Part shown: positions 36,995 to 49,700 of the stretch, in pieces | Numbering within the stretch: the stretch's first letter is position 1 | Layout: every line of letters starts with the position of its first letter | NCBI GenBank assembly: GCA_030704615.1 | Contig: CM060734.1 | Location: 44,206,001-44,270,000, forward strand | Direction: 5' to 3' | Length of the DNA: 64,000 bases | From: Takakia lepidozioides | Taxonomy: Eukaryota; Plantae; Bryophyta | Program-made: the position numbers and the translations under genes | The notes under the pieces: model-generated | Told to the model about the DNA's origin: nothing | Databases searched by the model: none | What the model saw: the letters and a program-made list of their open reading frames with translations, nothing else

Positions 36995-39900
36995 CTTGTA
37001 TAGAATAGATTAAAAGATAGGAAAGTGCTGCGAAATGAACCAGTCTACTGTCTATGCTGCCTTTCTCCCGAGCTTATGTACATTTTCAAGCAGGAAAGCT
37101 CTGTCACTTCGAAAAGCAAATAGTTTGAGTGTGTGCTACCTCCCTGCACATCTCTCTTTGTGAATGATGAATTCAGGGATATTAAGACCACCCCGGCTTC
37201 CCAGTGTCAGGAGCGCAATCAAAGTCTGTTAGAAACATTTAGATTGGAAACATGTTGTAATGCATGGTTGTGTTTTACTTTTCGTTTACAAAACCTCCAG
37301 CAGTGGTTTGGGAAACCACTTTGGAAAAATTCACACGTCCTTCGTCATGAACTCCTTCAGCATCTACTCATCACACAATCTTTGCCGAACCCTTGTGGCG
37401 GGAGACGCATGGACTAGAGCTGTAGGCAAATTGTCTGATACTACTGTGAGAACATTCACATTTTGAAATAGTGGCTATCTAGTGGTACACATGGGATGTA
37501 AGCTACAGCATTTGTCAATTGATGCAAGCTATACTTATGACCTACTTTATGACTACAAACATACTATCATAACTTGATTCTGAGGTCTCCAGCACTGAAT
37601 GCCAAGAAAGTTGAAAAACCTAAGAGCTTGAACCAACTACTCCCCAAAGAAGAGCAAGCAAACTACTTACAAATATCACATATTGTGAAAGAAGAAGACC
37701 TAAGTTAGATCAATCCAGTCACAGGACTGAGGGTCGATGGGTCCATCCAGAGGTCCATAGAGTAAACTACACCTGGCAGATGTATAAGGGGTAGAGTGTG
37801 GAAGGGAGATAAGTAGATGAGCACTTACAGAGGTAAATACTTAAAGCTGCCGCAGAGTATGAGGGAGATAGAGAAGCACTCTGGAGACCTGAGTGTCCGC
37901 CATAGCCGGAGCCCTGGACTGGCTCTTCTTCTTCTTCTTCTATCGAGGGAATTGGTCCCATCGTATTGAATTATGTCTTGTGTATGCTTTGGCCTTCTGA
38001 ATTGGGCTCCTTGGTAAGTCTCTCTCCCTCTCTGGCTCTCTGCGCGTGTATTTGCCCTGACTGAAGCATGTTTTGCGTATCCTGTGTTGCGAGATGTGTC
38101 TGTGAGCCGAATCTTCATAATGTGCCCCTTTTACTTCTTTGTTCCGGTCGAAGGTCGGATTGTTGCGCTGGGTTTCGGTGTGTTTGGGGCAAGGCTAATT
38201 GAATGCTCGAATCTGGACAATCTTTGGGTGTTGGGTTGTTCAAGAGTTGTAAATCCGTTGATCTTGGTGTGTACCCGATTGTTCATTGATGAATTTCGAG
38301 CGAAAAGTGTGAATCCGTCTTTTGGATAGTCAATTCACCCACACCTGGATTGGATCTCCAATTGGTTTTGGTCCCCTTCCTGGGTTTGGTTTTTCATGCG
38401 TGATTTCCGTGGTGGAAGTTGCTGCGGAGGGTCTGTGTTTTCCTCAGTTGTAGTGGAATGCAGAATCAATGATATGTATTCTGCTACTTATCGAAAGATT
38501 CTTAATCATCGCAAGGAATGCGGACAAGGTGTGGGCACACTACCTTTCGGAAACTGTACAGGTGCCTGGGCTGAGTAAACCCTGGTCAGTGTTAACTTCT
38601 GCTCTTCATATCACACTCTTTCATTGAGGTGTCAAACACACCTGGTACCGGTAATTTGGATTTGATCCATCTTTTGCACACGGTTGAGTTTGCATAGCTA
38701 GTACTCGGTAATGTAGAAACTGCCGTCATTCAAGACGACATTCCTTTCTCATGGTTTGATCAAGAGGCTTGGGTTTCCCTTCCTAGGTTTACTGGGGAAG
38801 AAATAATCTTTGTAGTGCCTGATGGTCATTCATGATGGGATTTCCGCATTTTGGATTGTCGTTGAGGACTCGTCGATTGTGAGGTGAATGCCCCGACGAG
38901 ACATTGAAGTTATGACTATGGTGCCATCGCATACTTCATCTGTAGAGCTCTGGTAGACTAGCTGTAATGGATGTTGGTGAACTTGAGCTTGCCTGGGATT
39001 TTGTTTGTGTTCATGACCAAGTGTGGGATAGGAACGCAAGCATTCTGACGTCAAATGTCAAATATTTTAGAAGCATCGTATGCAGTCGGAGCTCCATCTG
39101 GTCTCCCGGATTCTATGTCAAGGGGCAGTTTGATTCAGGTTACTGGGCACTCCATAAGACAGCAACTAATCCTCAAACTAGTGTCTGAGTTGGAACACTT
39201 CAATTCTGAGCCAGTTGAGCATCATAGAGATATAATTGTAGTATCACAGCTCAGTCCCTGTACAGGGTCTGTACTGCCCCTTGTTTGTGGCTCTTATATG
39301 TTCTGTTAGTGTTACTGGTTCACCTTGGGTATCTACTTGAGCCATGCAAAAGACTATCATGTTTGACTTCTGGCATTCCCAATTGGAAGGCAGAGACAAC
39401 ACTTGAACAGTCAAGCCACGAAGTCCCCCAGTTCTTGACTATCTGTGTTGATGGTAGTTCTGGATTGCATCGCACGGACGAAGTCACATGCAAAGCCTTG
39501 CTGATGGTCTGGTCAGCAGCATTGGGAGGCTTTCAATGTAGAAGGTGGATGGTAGAGGAAGCCACTCTAATGATGGCAGAGGATAAGGTTGACTTAAAAG
39601 TCCACCAATTAGTACAACCGTCTTCCATGTGGAAGTTTTTGCTTGATTAATAGGAAGAGATTAATTTAGGATGATGTTGCCATTGATGACAGCCTGCACA
39701 CAGAAAGTGGCTCAGCATTAAAGCCTGCAAGAGCTGAAAGCCGTGAATTTCTCAATTCACTGATTGACAAAACAGCCTAGACTTGATCCAGGCCACCTCT
39801 GCAGAGCTTTCAAGTCCTTACATATTTGCCCAGACCCTCCACCCTCACATGATCTGTTTGAGGGGGGATGAGTACCAGCAAACATTTCACCACCTTTGAG

Positions 39901-41662
39901 CTGTGGTGGAATTGGCAATGGTACTTTTCTGCTTGTCAACCCACAGGCTTGTAGAAAGGTGTATGAACACTAGGACAAAAACTCCTTGCCCAGACTCTCA
40001 GCAATCGGGCTCGACCTATAAATACCACGGTTCTTCCTTTCTAGTCGGTTCTTGATCCTGAACTGTGCACCCAGAATCTCAGCTATCTATTCTAGTCACT
40101 AGTTGATCCTGAAGCGACTTCAGCGAGGCACTCTCTTGCATCAGTTGATTTGACATCTTTAGTGCATGATTGCCGTGCAATTGTTTGACTGATGCAGATG
40201 TGGAGAACTTGATGATTCTGAAGACTTCAGACTGATATGTATTCTTGAATACGTGCCCAATTTGAGCAACATTAGCCCCCACAGGTTGACTATCAATGTG
40301 ATGCCAGTTCTGTCTCACTATTCTATGGCACTTTTGGCAAGGCTTCGTGCACTGAAGTGAGAATATACCAATAAGGACTAGCTGAGCAATGAATCATGAC
40401 TCAGCATACATGACATCATGCTTCACAGGAGATAGAATCACCATTTTGACGAATATTGATTCGCTACTTGCGGCATGGTGCATTGCCTTTTGGGGTCATA
40501 CTGGGAATTGGTGACCTCAAGGATGCAGATCTAAGGGGGAAGTTTCTTCAGAGGAAAGTGCCCAATCTGGTGGACATCTATTTGAGCGGTTTACATTGTG
40601 GTGCAAGAGGTGCTAAGCACGGCAGCAAGAAATGAAAACCCAGGTTTGAGCTTGCTGTACCTAAAGTAGTTTGAGAACCCTTCCTTTACAAGAATAAGCT
40701 GAGCAGAAGGCATCTTGGGAGGATACATGTGTACAGGGCACTGGGGCCAGACACCCCAAAGCTCCAGTTTTACTGACCCACTTCCAGCTTAGAAAGAACC
40801 CCATTCTGATGGACATTTTGTACAACCCTCACCAGGGTGCTGGATTGTTTCAGAGTGGGTTGACACGGTCCACGGATCAAGACACGCAGGTGGAAAAGAC
40901 TACTCTGAGAGAGGAGGATTTGTCTGGTATCCTCCTTATTCGAAGTGGAGGCAAAACACCACTTCCTTTCTCATCGGCTGTATGTTATGTGATCAGAGGG
41001 ATATCCTTTTCTCATGAACAGAGACTGTTCATCCTTCTTGGAGTCTGTCAATCATGATTTTCAGAGCTGTTTCAGGGGCTTTCTTCATGAGGCTAAGCCT
41101 TTAAGCTGGAAGTTACTGCGAAAGTTACCGCACCTGACATAGCTTCAGATTTTCCCCTCTCTGGGTTTTGGAAGGTGGAACACCATGTCTGGGTGGCATT
41201 CCACTCTGTGATACCTCCCTTGGGCTTCCAAACGCGCGAGGGGTGCTGCTCTATTACATTACATATATCTCACATACATATATGTTCTACTGTGTTAAAC
41301 CCTCCATACTGACATTCCTGAGCAGAATCTTTGCCACCGGATGGGATTCTGAGCAGGATAACCTGCTAGGTGGAATATTCAGAGTGGACTCCCTGTTAGC
41401 CGGAAAATGGGCTGGAGTGACATTCTGCTGTGGAAAGGCCATCTGAATATGTAAACCACAAGAAAGCCCAATACCTTTAGGATGAAAGACCACATGAGAT
41501 TTTGGCAACTGTAGTATAGATTTCTTTTGTGTTTTTGTCTCTCTATCCCTTTGGTCCTTGGAAAACTAGCCATTATTCAGTAGATGAGTACAACATCATC
41601 ATCACTCTATGGATATTAATCTCTGCTCTCTGACTTTGTCTCCCTTGCTATTTCCCTTGAAG

Positions 41663-43599
41663 ATGGATCCAACTGAAGTGGAGAGAGGAGCTAAGGAACA
41701 GAGGAGGAAAGAATTCAGTGGTCTTATTCCCGCAATACCAGATGAGTTAGCTGTACTCTGCCTGGCACGTGTACCACGTGCCCAACATGCAGTTCTCAGT
41801 GCAGTTTGCCGGAGTTGGAGACTGCTGCTCCTTAATCGTGTGCTGTACGAAGTGCGGCAGGAGCTATCACTGGCTGAGGAGTGGCTGTTTCTGTGGACCC
41901 AGGCAAGGTCACAACATGTGTGTTGGCATACTTGGGATCCTTATGTTTTCTTCTAATTGATGGCTTGTTTTGGCAGTGTAGAAATGGACATCTGATTAAT
42001 AATTCGTGTATGATTGTGTGTGAATATCAATACATTCATTCTGGCACACTCTGAGTTCTTTCTACCTTGCTTTTCTGCTCTGTACACTCAGAATGCAGCG
42101 CGAGCCAATGTGTGGCATGGGTATGATCCGGAGTCTAATAGGTGGTTTGCACTCCCGCCTTTGCCCAATGAGCAGTGGACAGCTGGCAACTCGGCGTCAG
42201 CAGTGGTGGATGGGAAACTTTTTGTTGTGGGAGGTCAGCTGGACAGTGGCCATGCATGCAATTCTGTTTCATATTTTGATATGCAGCACTATTGCTGGAA
42301 ATCAGCGGCCCCACTGAATATACCTCGTGCCAAGTGCATGGCAGGTAAACTTCTGAGAAAATGTGTCCATAACAATGTTCTGTATCCTCATGTGCATTGG
42401 ACGGCTCTGTTTGAGTGGCACCATACTGTCAATACTGTTCTAAGTATAAAGGAACATTCCATTCACTTTTCAAGACCTCACAGTGTCCAGCTCGAATAAC
42501 AGTGGGTGGGGGAGTCGCTGGTATCACGCTTATGACATTATGTATCCATATAATATGGTTCATAGAGCACCTGGAATGAAGGAGACTTGCAAGGACCCTC
42601 ACAGAAAGACCAACAACAATCCCCCGGGGAAGGTTGATATGTGTGTGGACTATGATCTTAAGGGTACACCCTAGCTAACTTGCAGGGAATAGCAATGTCC
42701 AAAATGCTGTTCCGGGTAAGGTGCGAGAGTGCTTTAAATTGAAGTCTATATGATGTATCATTTTTGTCTGCAATTGTGTAACACCCTCATTTTTCGCGAG
42801 CCGTTAGTGTTTACAGAGAGGCCCAACCCCATCTTATTATTTCATATTATATACATGTATCAACTGACATATGACCACAAGGCTATGGCAAAACAGTGTC
42901 TTATGACTACATTCATCCTCTCAACACAGGCCGATCTTATGTATTGCAAACATTGGATTGGCAGGGGTAATCAACAACCAACTATATGTGGTTGGGGGCT
43001 TTACTGAGCGTGATCAGGATGCTGGGGCAACTGCTGAGGCCTATGATCCTTCTAGCAATCAATGGCGTTTAATTTCGTCCATGAAAATACCAATGGAGCT
43101 CTATGATAGTGCAGTTCTTGGGGGGAAACTCTACGTGGTTAATTCATCAAGTGAAAACCTGGTGGGTCTTGTCTATGACCCAAAAAAGGACGAATGGGTC
43201 TACATGGCACATGGGCTCAACACAGGCTGGCAGTCAAAGACAGCAGCTATGAATGGGAAACTATATGCAGTTGGTGACTCTCACTCTCTTGAAGGGAAGA
43301 ACGAAATCTCTGTCTACAACTCCATCAAGGATTCTTGGGAGACTATTAAGGGAGTGTTAGAGGACACGGCCCCTGTTTTGGCGTGGGGTCCTGAGCTAGT
43401 GAGCCTTGGGGGAAGGCTGTGTATTGTGGGCACAGGGCTTCAACCGCGGGTGGGCACCAGCCGTGCAGCTGTTGCAGTAGTCGAAGTTGAAGATTCAGCT
43501 AAACCCACCGCGTTGCTTCGATTTTATGAGGATATAACAGGCAAGATCCAGTTTGCTGACCCATTGCCACGGGGCGCCTGCCAAGTACTTGCTCTTTAA
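41663..43599 (+). CDS. F-box/kelch-repeat protein, 3 exons (41663-41902, 42092-42344, 42965-43599), 375 aa
   Basis: LIPAIPDELAVLCLARVP..VCRSW F-box; kelch repeats (GKLFVVGG, QLYVVGG..AEAYDP..W). The first coding intron must be GC-AG to keep frame. Confidence 0.9.
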
Positions 43600-44699
43600 T
43601 GGCAAGAACTGGAAAACCAGGAGGTTTTGGGTCTGATGATTTGTTGAATAATTTTTCCTGTACATATCAAGTTCCTTTGTTCTTGATGAGAGAGCCAATG
43701 GGCCTGATGGGCTCGGATTTGGACGTGGTTGCTTTATTTTGGGCTTTCTTGGGAGGGTTTTTTGAAAGTATTGAACATTCTGTCACCACTTTGTATCCCT
43801 CTTGCTCATAATTTTTTAGCATCACGTCCAAATGAGGCGTTTGTCAGTTGTGTGGAGGAGTTGCAACTCAATTTGGGGCGATCATACCTGGGGCCTGAAG
43901 CCCATAAACAGTTCTGGATTCCACATCCATCGCACCATTGTGCACTAGCTTGTTTGAACTGGTTGCCTAAACTGACTTTGCCAGTAAGATGTTGTTATGC
44001 CAGTGAGCTGTCTGCTCCTGGGACTTGTCATCAACCTGTGGAGCGTCTGCATGTGTATCTACAAAATCATTTCGCCCTTCTATTTTAATCCAAATCAGCA
44101 TGGAAAAAGATTGTCAAACAATTAGTCCAAACTATTTAGTTGACAAGCTGTGCAATCGCCAAGCAAAATATGTCAACCCAGTTCTCATTTTGAGCGTTCT
44201 CGAGTTCAATCATATATCAACCCCTTGCACTAGGGAATGTTGCAAGACGGCGCCATCTGCAGACTCTGAAGTGCGCTACAAAACTCAATCCCACTATCCA
44301 TTAGGATCTTTTAGTGTGGTATGCTGCAAAGGTCCAGCACATTCAACACTAAGTTAGCAAGCACCACTAAGTTCGCAAAGGGATTTTGCAAGCAGTTGCA
44401 GGTGGAAATCTGCAATAACCATGAAGGCTTACAAAGGGCTAACGGCCCAACTAGAGCTAGGTACTAACGGCTGACATGGCAGCTATGCTAAAGGGTATAT
44501 GTCCGCACATATGATAAAGTCGTGCGAGGAATCAGGCCCTTCACAACCCAAGGTTAAGTAATTCTGTTGAAGCAAAATTGGGTGGGTAGGTTTTTGTAAT
44601 GTTGTGAGCTGCCTGAAAAACGGAGCGAGGAAGAGAGGGACAGAGAAGGGGTTGGATCTGCAGGAAGAGAGGGAGAGAGACGGTGAGGTTGCGCGCACA

Positions 44700-45706
44700 A
44701 TGAGCAGATTGGCAGGGCCTGGAAGGCAGCTCATGCGTGAGGCGCTTCAGCGATCACCCATCCCGTTGCTGCAACAACGGGCCTTCTTTTCCGCAGACGC
44801 ATCAGCAACTGCTGAGAAGCTGCTCACTGCCGCTAAGCTCCAGCCTGGTTGGTGTCTCTCTTCAATATCCTTCTGCTATCTGCATTGTTCATTTCCTCAT
44901 TAGGCTCAATTCGACGTTGTAGCTTCACAGGAGGAGTCTGCAGTGGTTTTTTGATGCCACACTAGGGTTCCATTAGGGTCCTTGATTTCTTCAACTATCT
45001 CAACTTGGTTCAGTTAGAACTATGCCCGAAAATTGAAAAAGACTATACTTGTTTTACAGGAGATGTAGTGGTGCAGAATGAGGCAGATAGTGATGTGGGC
45101 AGAGCAGTTATTCGGGCAGCACATGAGAAAGGTCTCACAACTATCAACATTTTGGCTAACAAACCTGAATCGAGGGAGCGCATCGAGCTCTTGAAAGTCT
45201 TAGGGGGCGATATTGTTGTCACTGAAGCCTATACAAATACCTGGTAATCATTTCAATGTGATGTTATCTTGGTTTTCTTTCTTCCAGCATTGCTTCTGTG
45301 TCAATGTGGAGCCTTCCCATGAAGGAGGGCATGGCGAGGACTGTGTGTGCGTGTGTGTTTTTGTGTCCCACATACACACAGACCACCACCACCAATTATT
45401 CAGGACTGCTCCAGGGAAATTCATGCCCAGGGTTGCACCTGGTTTTAATTTCCAACTTGGACTGTAACTTCTGTATGCAGGTACATGAGAAGGCTGGTCA
45501 GTGACATCCCAAAGCCCAGTTTGGGACTGAATTTGTCAGATGGATCACAAGCAACTGCAGTTGCTAAGCTTCTGAAGGAGGGGGGCACTCTGTTGAGCTA
45601 TGGGAAGAGCCTTCCAGAAGAGGTGGCATATCCTGGTGCTGAGAGACGGCCCCTCAAATGGTCAGAGTTTCTGAAAGCTAAGAAATTAAATTCACAGTCC
45701 CTATAG
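44700..45706 (+). CDS. Mitochondrial-targeted truncated MECR/trans-2-enoyl reductase-like protein (nucleotide-binding domain only), 3 exons (44700-44847, 45060-45243, 45481-45706), 185 aa
   Basis: Arg-rich presequence-like N-terminus, then ATAEKLL..LQPGDVVVQNEADSDVGRAVI..GLTTINI..LKVLGGDIVVTE..PSLGLN..GGTLLSYG. Splice phases give an open frame. Confidence 0.8.
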
Positions 45707-46338
45707 CTGCCAGATCTTGGGGATTTGCTGCTACTTTTCTTGACAAGACCTCTTTAGTTAAGAGTAACATTTTAGTTGGTCATGCTTCCTGCAATTCAGA
45801 GAGCTTGGATGATGACTGAGAATTTGGTGAAGAATGAGGTGATTTCCTGGCCCAGAAGGTTGACATCAACCCGTGGAATTTCAGTAGTCGAGCCTAGTGC
45901 GCAAAAGCTTTCTATACATTATTGGGAAATTAAATGGTCTTGGATGGCATGAGGTTGTGCCTAAGAGTAGATTTTGGGTGTTCACACTGATGGGCAATCT
46001 CTATGTGCTGTGGAATTCATATTTACACTTGGAGTTAACATCTGGTTGGTCACCATGATGGAGTGAGCTTTGAGTCTAGCAATAAATTGATGATGCTCGT
46101 AGTCATTAGGTGGCCGCTGGGCGAAAGTTCTTCTCAGTCCAAAATGCCTTTTTGTGTCAACTCCCATGACAATCGTCCATTCTTCTATGGGCTGTCATAT
46201 GTTTTATAAAAATCAGGTAAACATGGAGACCATCAATTATGTCTTCAACTGGATCTTCCTGGCTGTTTGTTCACAATTGAAGTGTCCTGCAGACATATCT
46301 CACCCTGCATCTAAGTTTCTTTCCCTTCGAATATCTCC

Positions 46339-46588
46339 GAGAGAAAGATAGAGAGGACTACGACAAAACTAAGAGCCACTTCGCCTTGTGGCTATTGCCC
46401 CATTAGGCCCTGTATTAAAATAGAGGTGTGGCTAGCAGGCTAGATGGTTTTAAAGTTGGCGCTTGTTGCGGATAGGGCATGGTTTGGGATGGGTGGGAGT
46501 GTGGGCAGTCAGCCAACTTGGGGGATGTGAGCTATGTGGGTCCCGTGTTGTTTCAGTGGGAGGAATGGCTGCACCATCTTAGGCTAGT
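46339..46588 (-). mobile_element. 250-bp 5'-truncated copy of the Dualen-like LINE family
   Basis: ACTAAGAGCCACTTCGCCTTGTGGCTA tail and IRNKRQL remnant. 9-bp TSD AATATCTCC (46330-46338 and 46589-46597). Confidence 0.8.
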
Positions 46589-46748
46589 AATATCTCCTCA
46601 ATACGGTATATGCCTATGTGAGGGCATAGTTTCTCCTCAATATCCCATCTGAACTATTTGTGTAGTGTAAGTTGGACTTGATTACACCTGACATTATGTA
46701 ACTGGTCTTAGAAATCAAACAGGCTGGAACTGTGAGAGTCAAAGCAAT

Positions 46749-49700
46749 TCAGTAATTGGACTTCAGAGTGGGGGGAATCCAGATGTAGCCATGTGTACGC
46801 TTGTAGCCAAATCGCTCAGCAAGTTCATCTGCTTCTTTGGGTCCTCGAGTTCCTTGCTTGTAAATAGAGGGCTGAATCAGCTCTCTGGCATCTATACGAT
46901 GTAGCAATGGTGTAAAGATCTGCCAAGCCTCCTGAGCCAGAGAAAGTACACCAGTCTTAGGGCAGTGTCTGATATCACAAAACTTCAGTTTTTACACAAA
47001 ATAAATGGAGTCCTAATAGCTTCAATTAAGCCAACATGAGCTGTTCTATCTCTCTATCCTGGCAAAGTCTACAGTATGAGTAGCTCAATGCCAATACATG
47101 TTGTGTACCCAGGTAGCTAAAGTGAAAAGACTACATTCAAAAGCATGGAGTTATATTTGCCGCTTGGTCAATGGCAGCAAAGCTTTGGCTGCTGTAGCAA
47201 ACATCAAACATGAGTACAAACAATCAGCTGCTGTCTCCTTCTGGCAAATTCCTTCTGAAAGACATTTTACTATGGGATAAGAGCTTACCCGTAATTCATC
47301 CCTACGCACAAAGTGCTGTTGATCTCCACGAATCCTACACATGAAAGTCGTGCTTCCCTCAACTAACTGTAAATCATAAATCCCATCTGTACTTCAGGTA
47401 CAAAGAACAGTGAATTAACTGGAAAGATTCAAATCCCAAGTGAGCAACCTCATTACATCCCCAAGAGGCATCCAATGACTGACCTTTGGCAGACAATGGC
47501 TAAAACAGAAAAGAAATATGGGAATGGGAATGGGGAGGTACGTGTCAAGAAGAAGACGCTCATAAGCTTCAGGGATGACAACATCTTGGTATCGTTGCCT
47601 GTAGGACAGATCGAGCTCACTTTGCGTTGCCTTCATCTTTAAACCCGGCTGCTTCACCTGCACCAATAGTGTACCAATTCCACCATTTAATAGTACCTTT
47701 TCCTTACACTTGTCCTCTACTGAAATCAAGCATAATGATGTCTGACAACATTTTCCTCCATGATATTTAACAAGTCGAGTCTTATGTTGGTCGTACAGAG
47801 TGGAGGGGCTGACGGGACCTGTCTATTACTTATGTGAAACACTACCTTCAATTCCCTGTACTTGGTCTCTTGGGGCTGATTGTTGATTGAACCCCATATA
47901 TTTTCATATATTTCATATATTTTCCCTGCAGCCTCCTACTTGTCACTGCCATCAAAAGATTGTACTCATAAGACGTTGTTTGCCGTAGCCTTGTGGCCAT
48001 TGACCCCGCGCCCAGTTTGAGCGGGAACAAAAGGGACAGAACCTACCTCTGTCAGGGGCTGACGTTGGTAGTAAGACTTACCTCCATATAAAGAATTAAT
48101 CCGGGTTTTCCAGATATCCTCTAGAAATCCCTTCACACAAGCATCAATCTGCTGTGTGTGATTTGCCCAAAAACTAGGCCTCAGGAGGGCCTGGGCTTTT
48201 GGCTCAGCCTCGAGACTTTCAAAGTTGGTAAACAGGGGTACAGGCACAATTCCCTTAATAGATTTGAAGAGAGCGTCTCTTTGGTGAGAGAACCCCGGAC
48301 AGTGTATCAGAAAATGAATACTGTCTTCAGATTGCCCACACAACGGGCAATTGCACTCTCCCTTTCCTCTCTGCTTCTGTTTGCTGTTCAAAGGTAGGCT
48401 TCCTGCCCTGAGTTTAAATTTCAGTCTAGTGCCGAGAGTGGGTAGACCCTTGAGGTCATCCAAGACGTCCTCCCCCATGTCACAGACTGGAAACAAGTTC
48501 AGGGAAGTTTTCTGCCTAACTTCATTTTCATCAGACAATCTCATGGCAACAGACATGGCTGAGGACACTACAGCCTCTAAGTCAGATTTATCCAGCAGGG
48601 TCAAGACTTGCGGATCCAGGTCCAGGTCCTTGAGGATCTCTTCTACTCTCTTCTGCCAGGACTTAGCCTGTTTGACAGGGTGGTCCTGTTTCCAAGATAT
48701 AGAGTCGATTAATTTAGGATATCTGGTGTTGGGCATATGTTGCAGCTGACCCCACCATCTGACCTTGAATTCATCTCGTGGGGAGCTTAAGGACGGAATG
48801 CCAAACTCACCCCGAACAGCCACATTGGCTGTTTTGGAGCATGCTGACATACACTCCTTAAGCACCCCCACTTGAATGGATTCTAGAGACTTAGCCTGGT
48901 TGGAGAAAAAGAGAAAAACTATAAGACAACAATAAAGTCCAAGGAGAGTTTGCTAGATACACACTGTGAGCTTCATGTACATAGCCTCTGAAGGCTGAAG
49001 TCTCATCACAAACTCATTTCGTCCCTGGTTCTGACCTGCACCCATTCCCCTTTGTATCGTTCACTGACACAAATTCATTTCTCACATTGAAATCCAGAAA
49101 TAGACACATATTCTTCTCATTTAAATAATCTCTTCTCTTACACACTGTCGTCCCATAGTGGGGGCTTCCTGTGGATGCTATAAAGTGATTTCTCTTTCTA
49201 TCTTCCAGATGGATGCTGTTTCACCATGACAGCAGTTTGGTAGTTCCATACAGTCAGCAACTGGGCCAGATTATATATTTCTGCAAGGTCACTTGTCACA
49301 AGGTCATGGAACCTCTGTAATGGAAAACACTTGCTCTCCAGACAAGAAGTTGACATATTTCTACACAAATGCAATGAAACCAACCTACTTTTGAAAATGT
49401 CCCCAGGCGCATCTTTGAATTGCACCCGAATCTCTGCCTTCCGTTCATTTAAGGCTTTGCCTGCTTTCATGATGAAAGGAACGCCTGAAAGGAATAATGC
49501 ACTATTGAGTGAGAAGTTCATATAACTGGCCAAAAGACAATGTGTTGAAGTCTAACAGCAGTCCAGGTCTAAGAAAGGTTGCCATTTGCAAGCTTTCGAA
49601 TTACATCAACCTATAAGCATGTTCAGGAGGGAGTCTAACTCAAGTTGTATACCATCCCAGCGTTCATTGTTGATGCGCAAAACTAGACAAGCAAAAGTAG

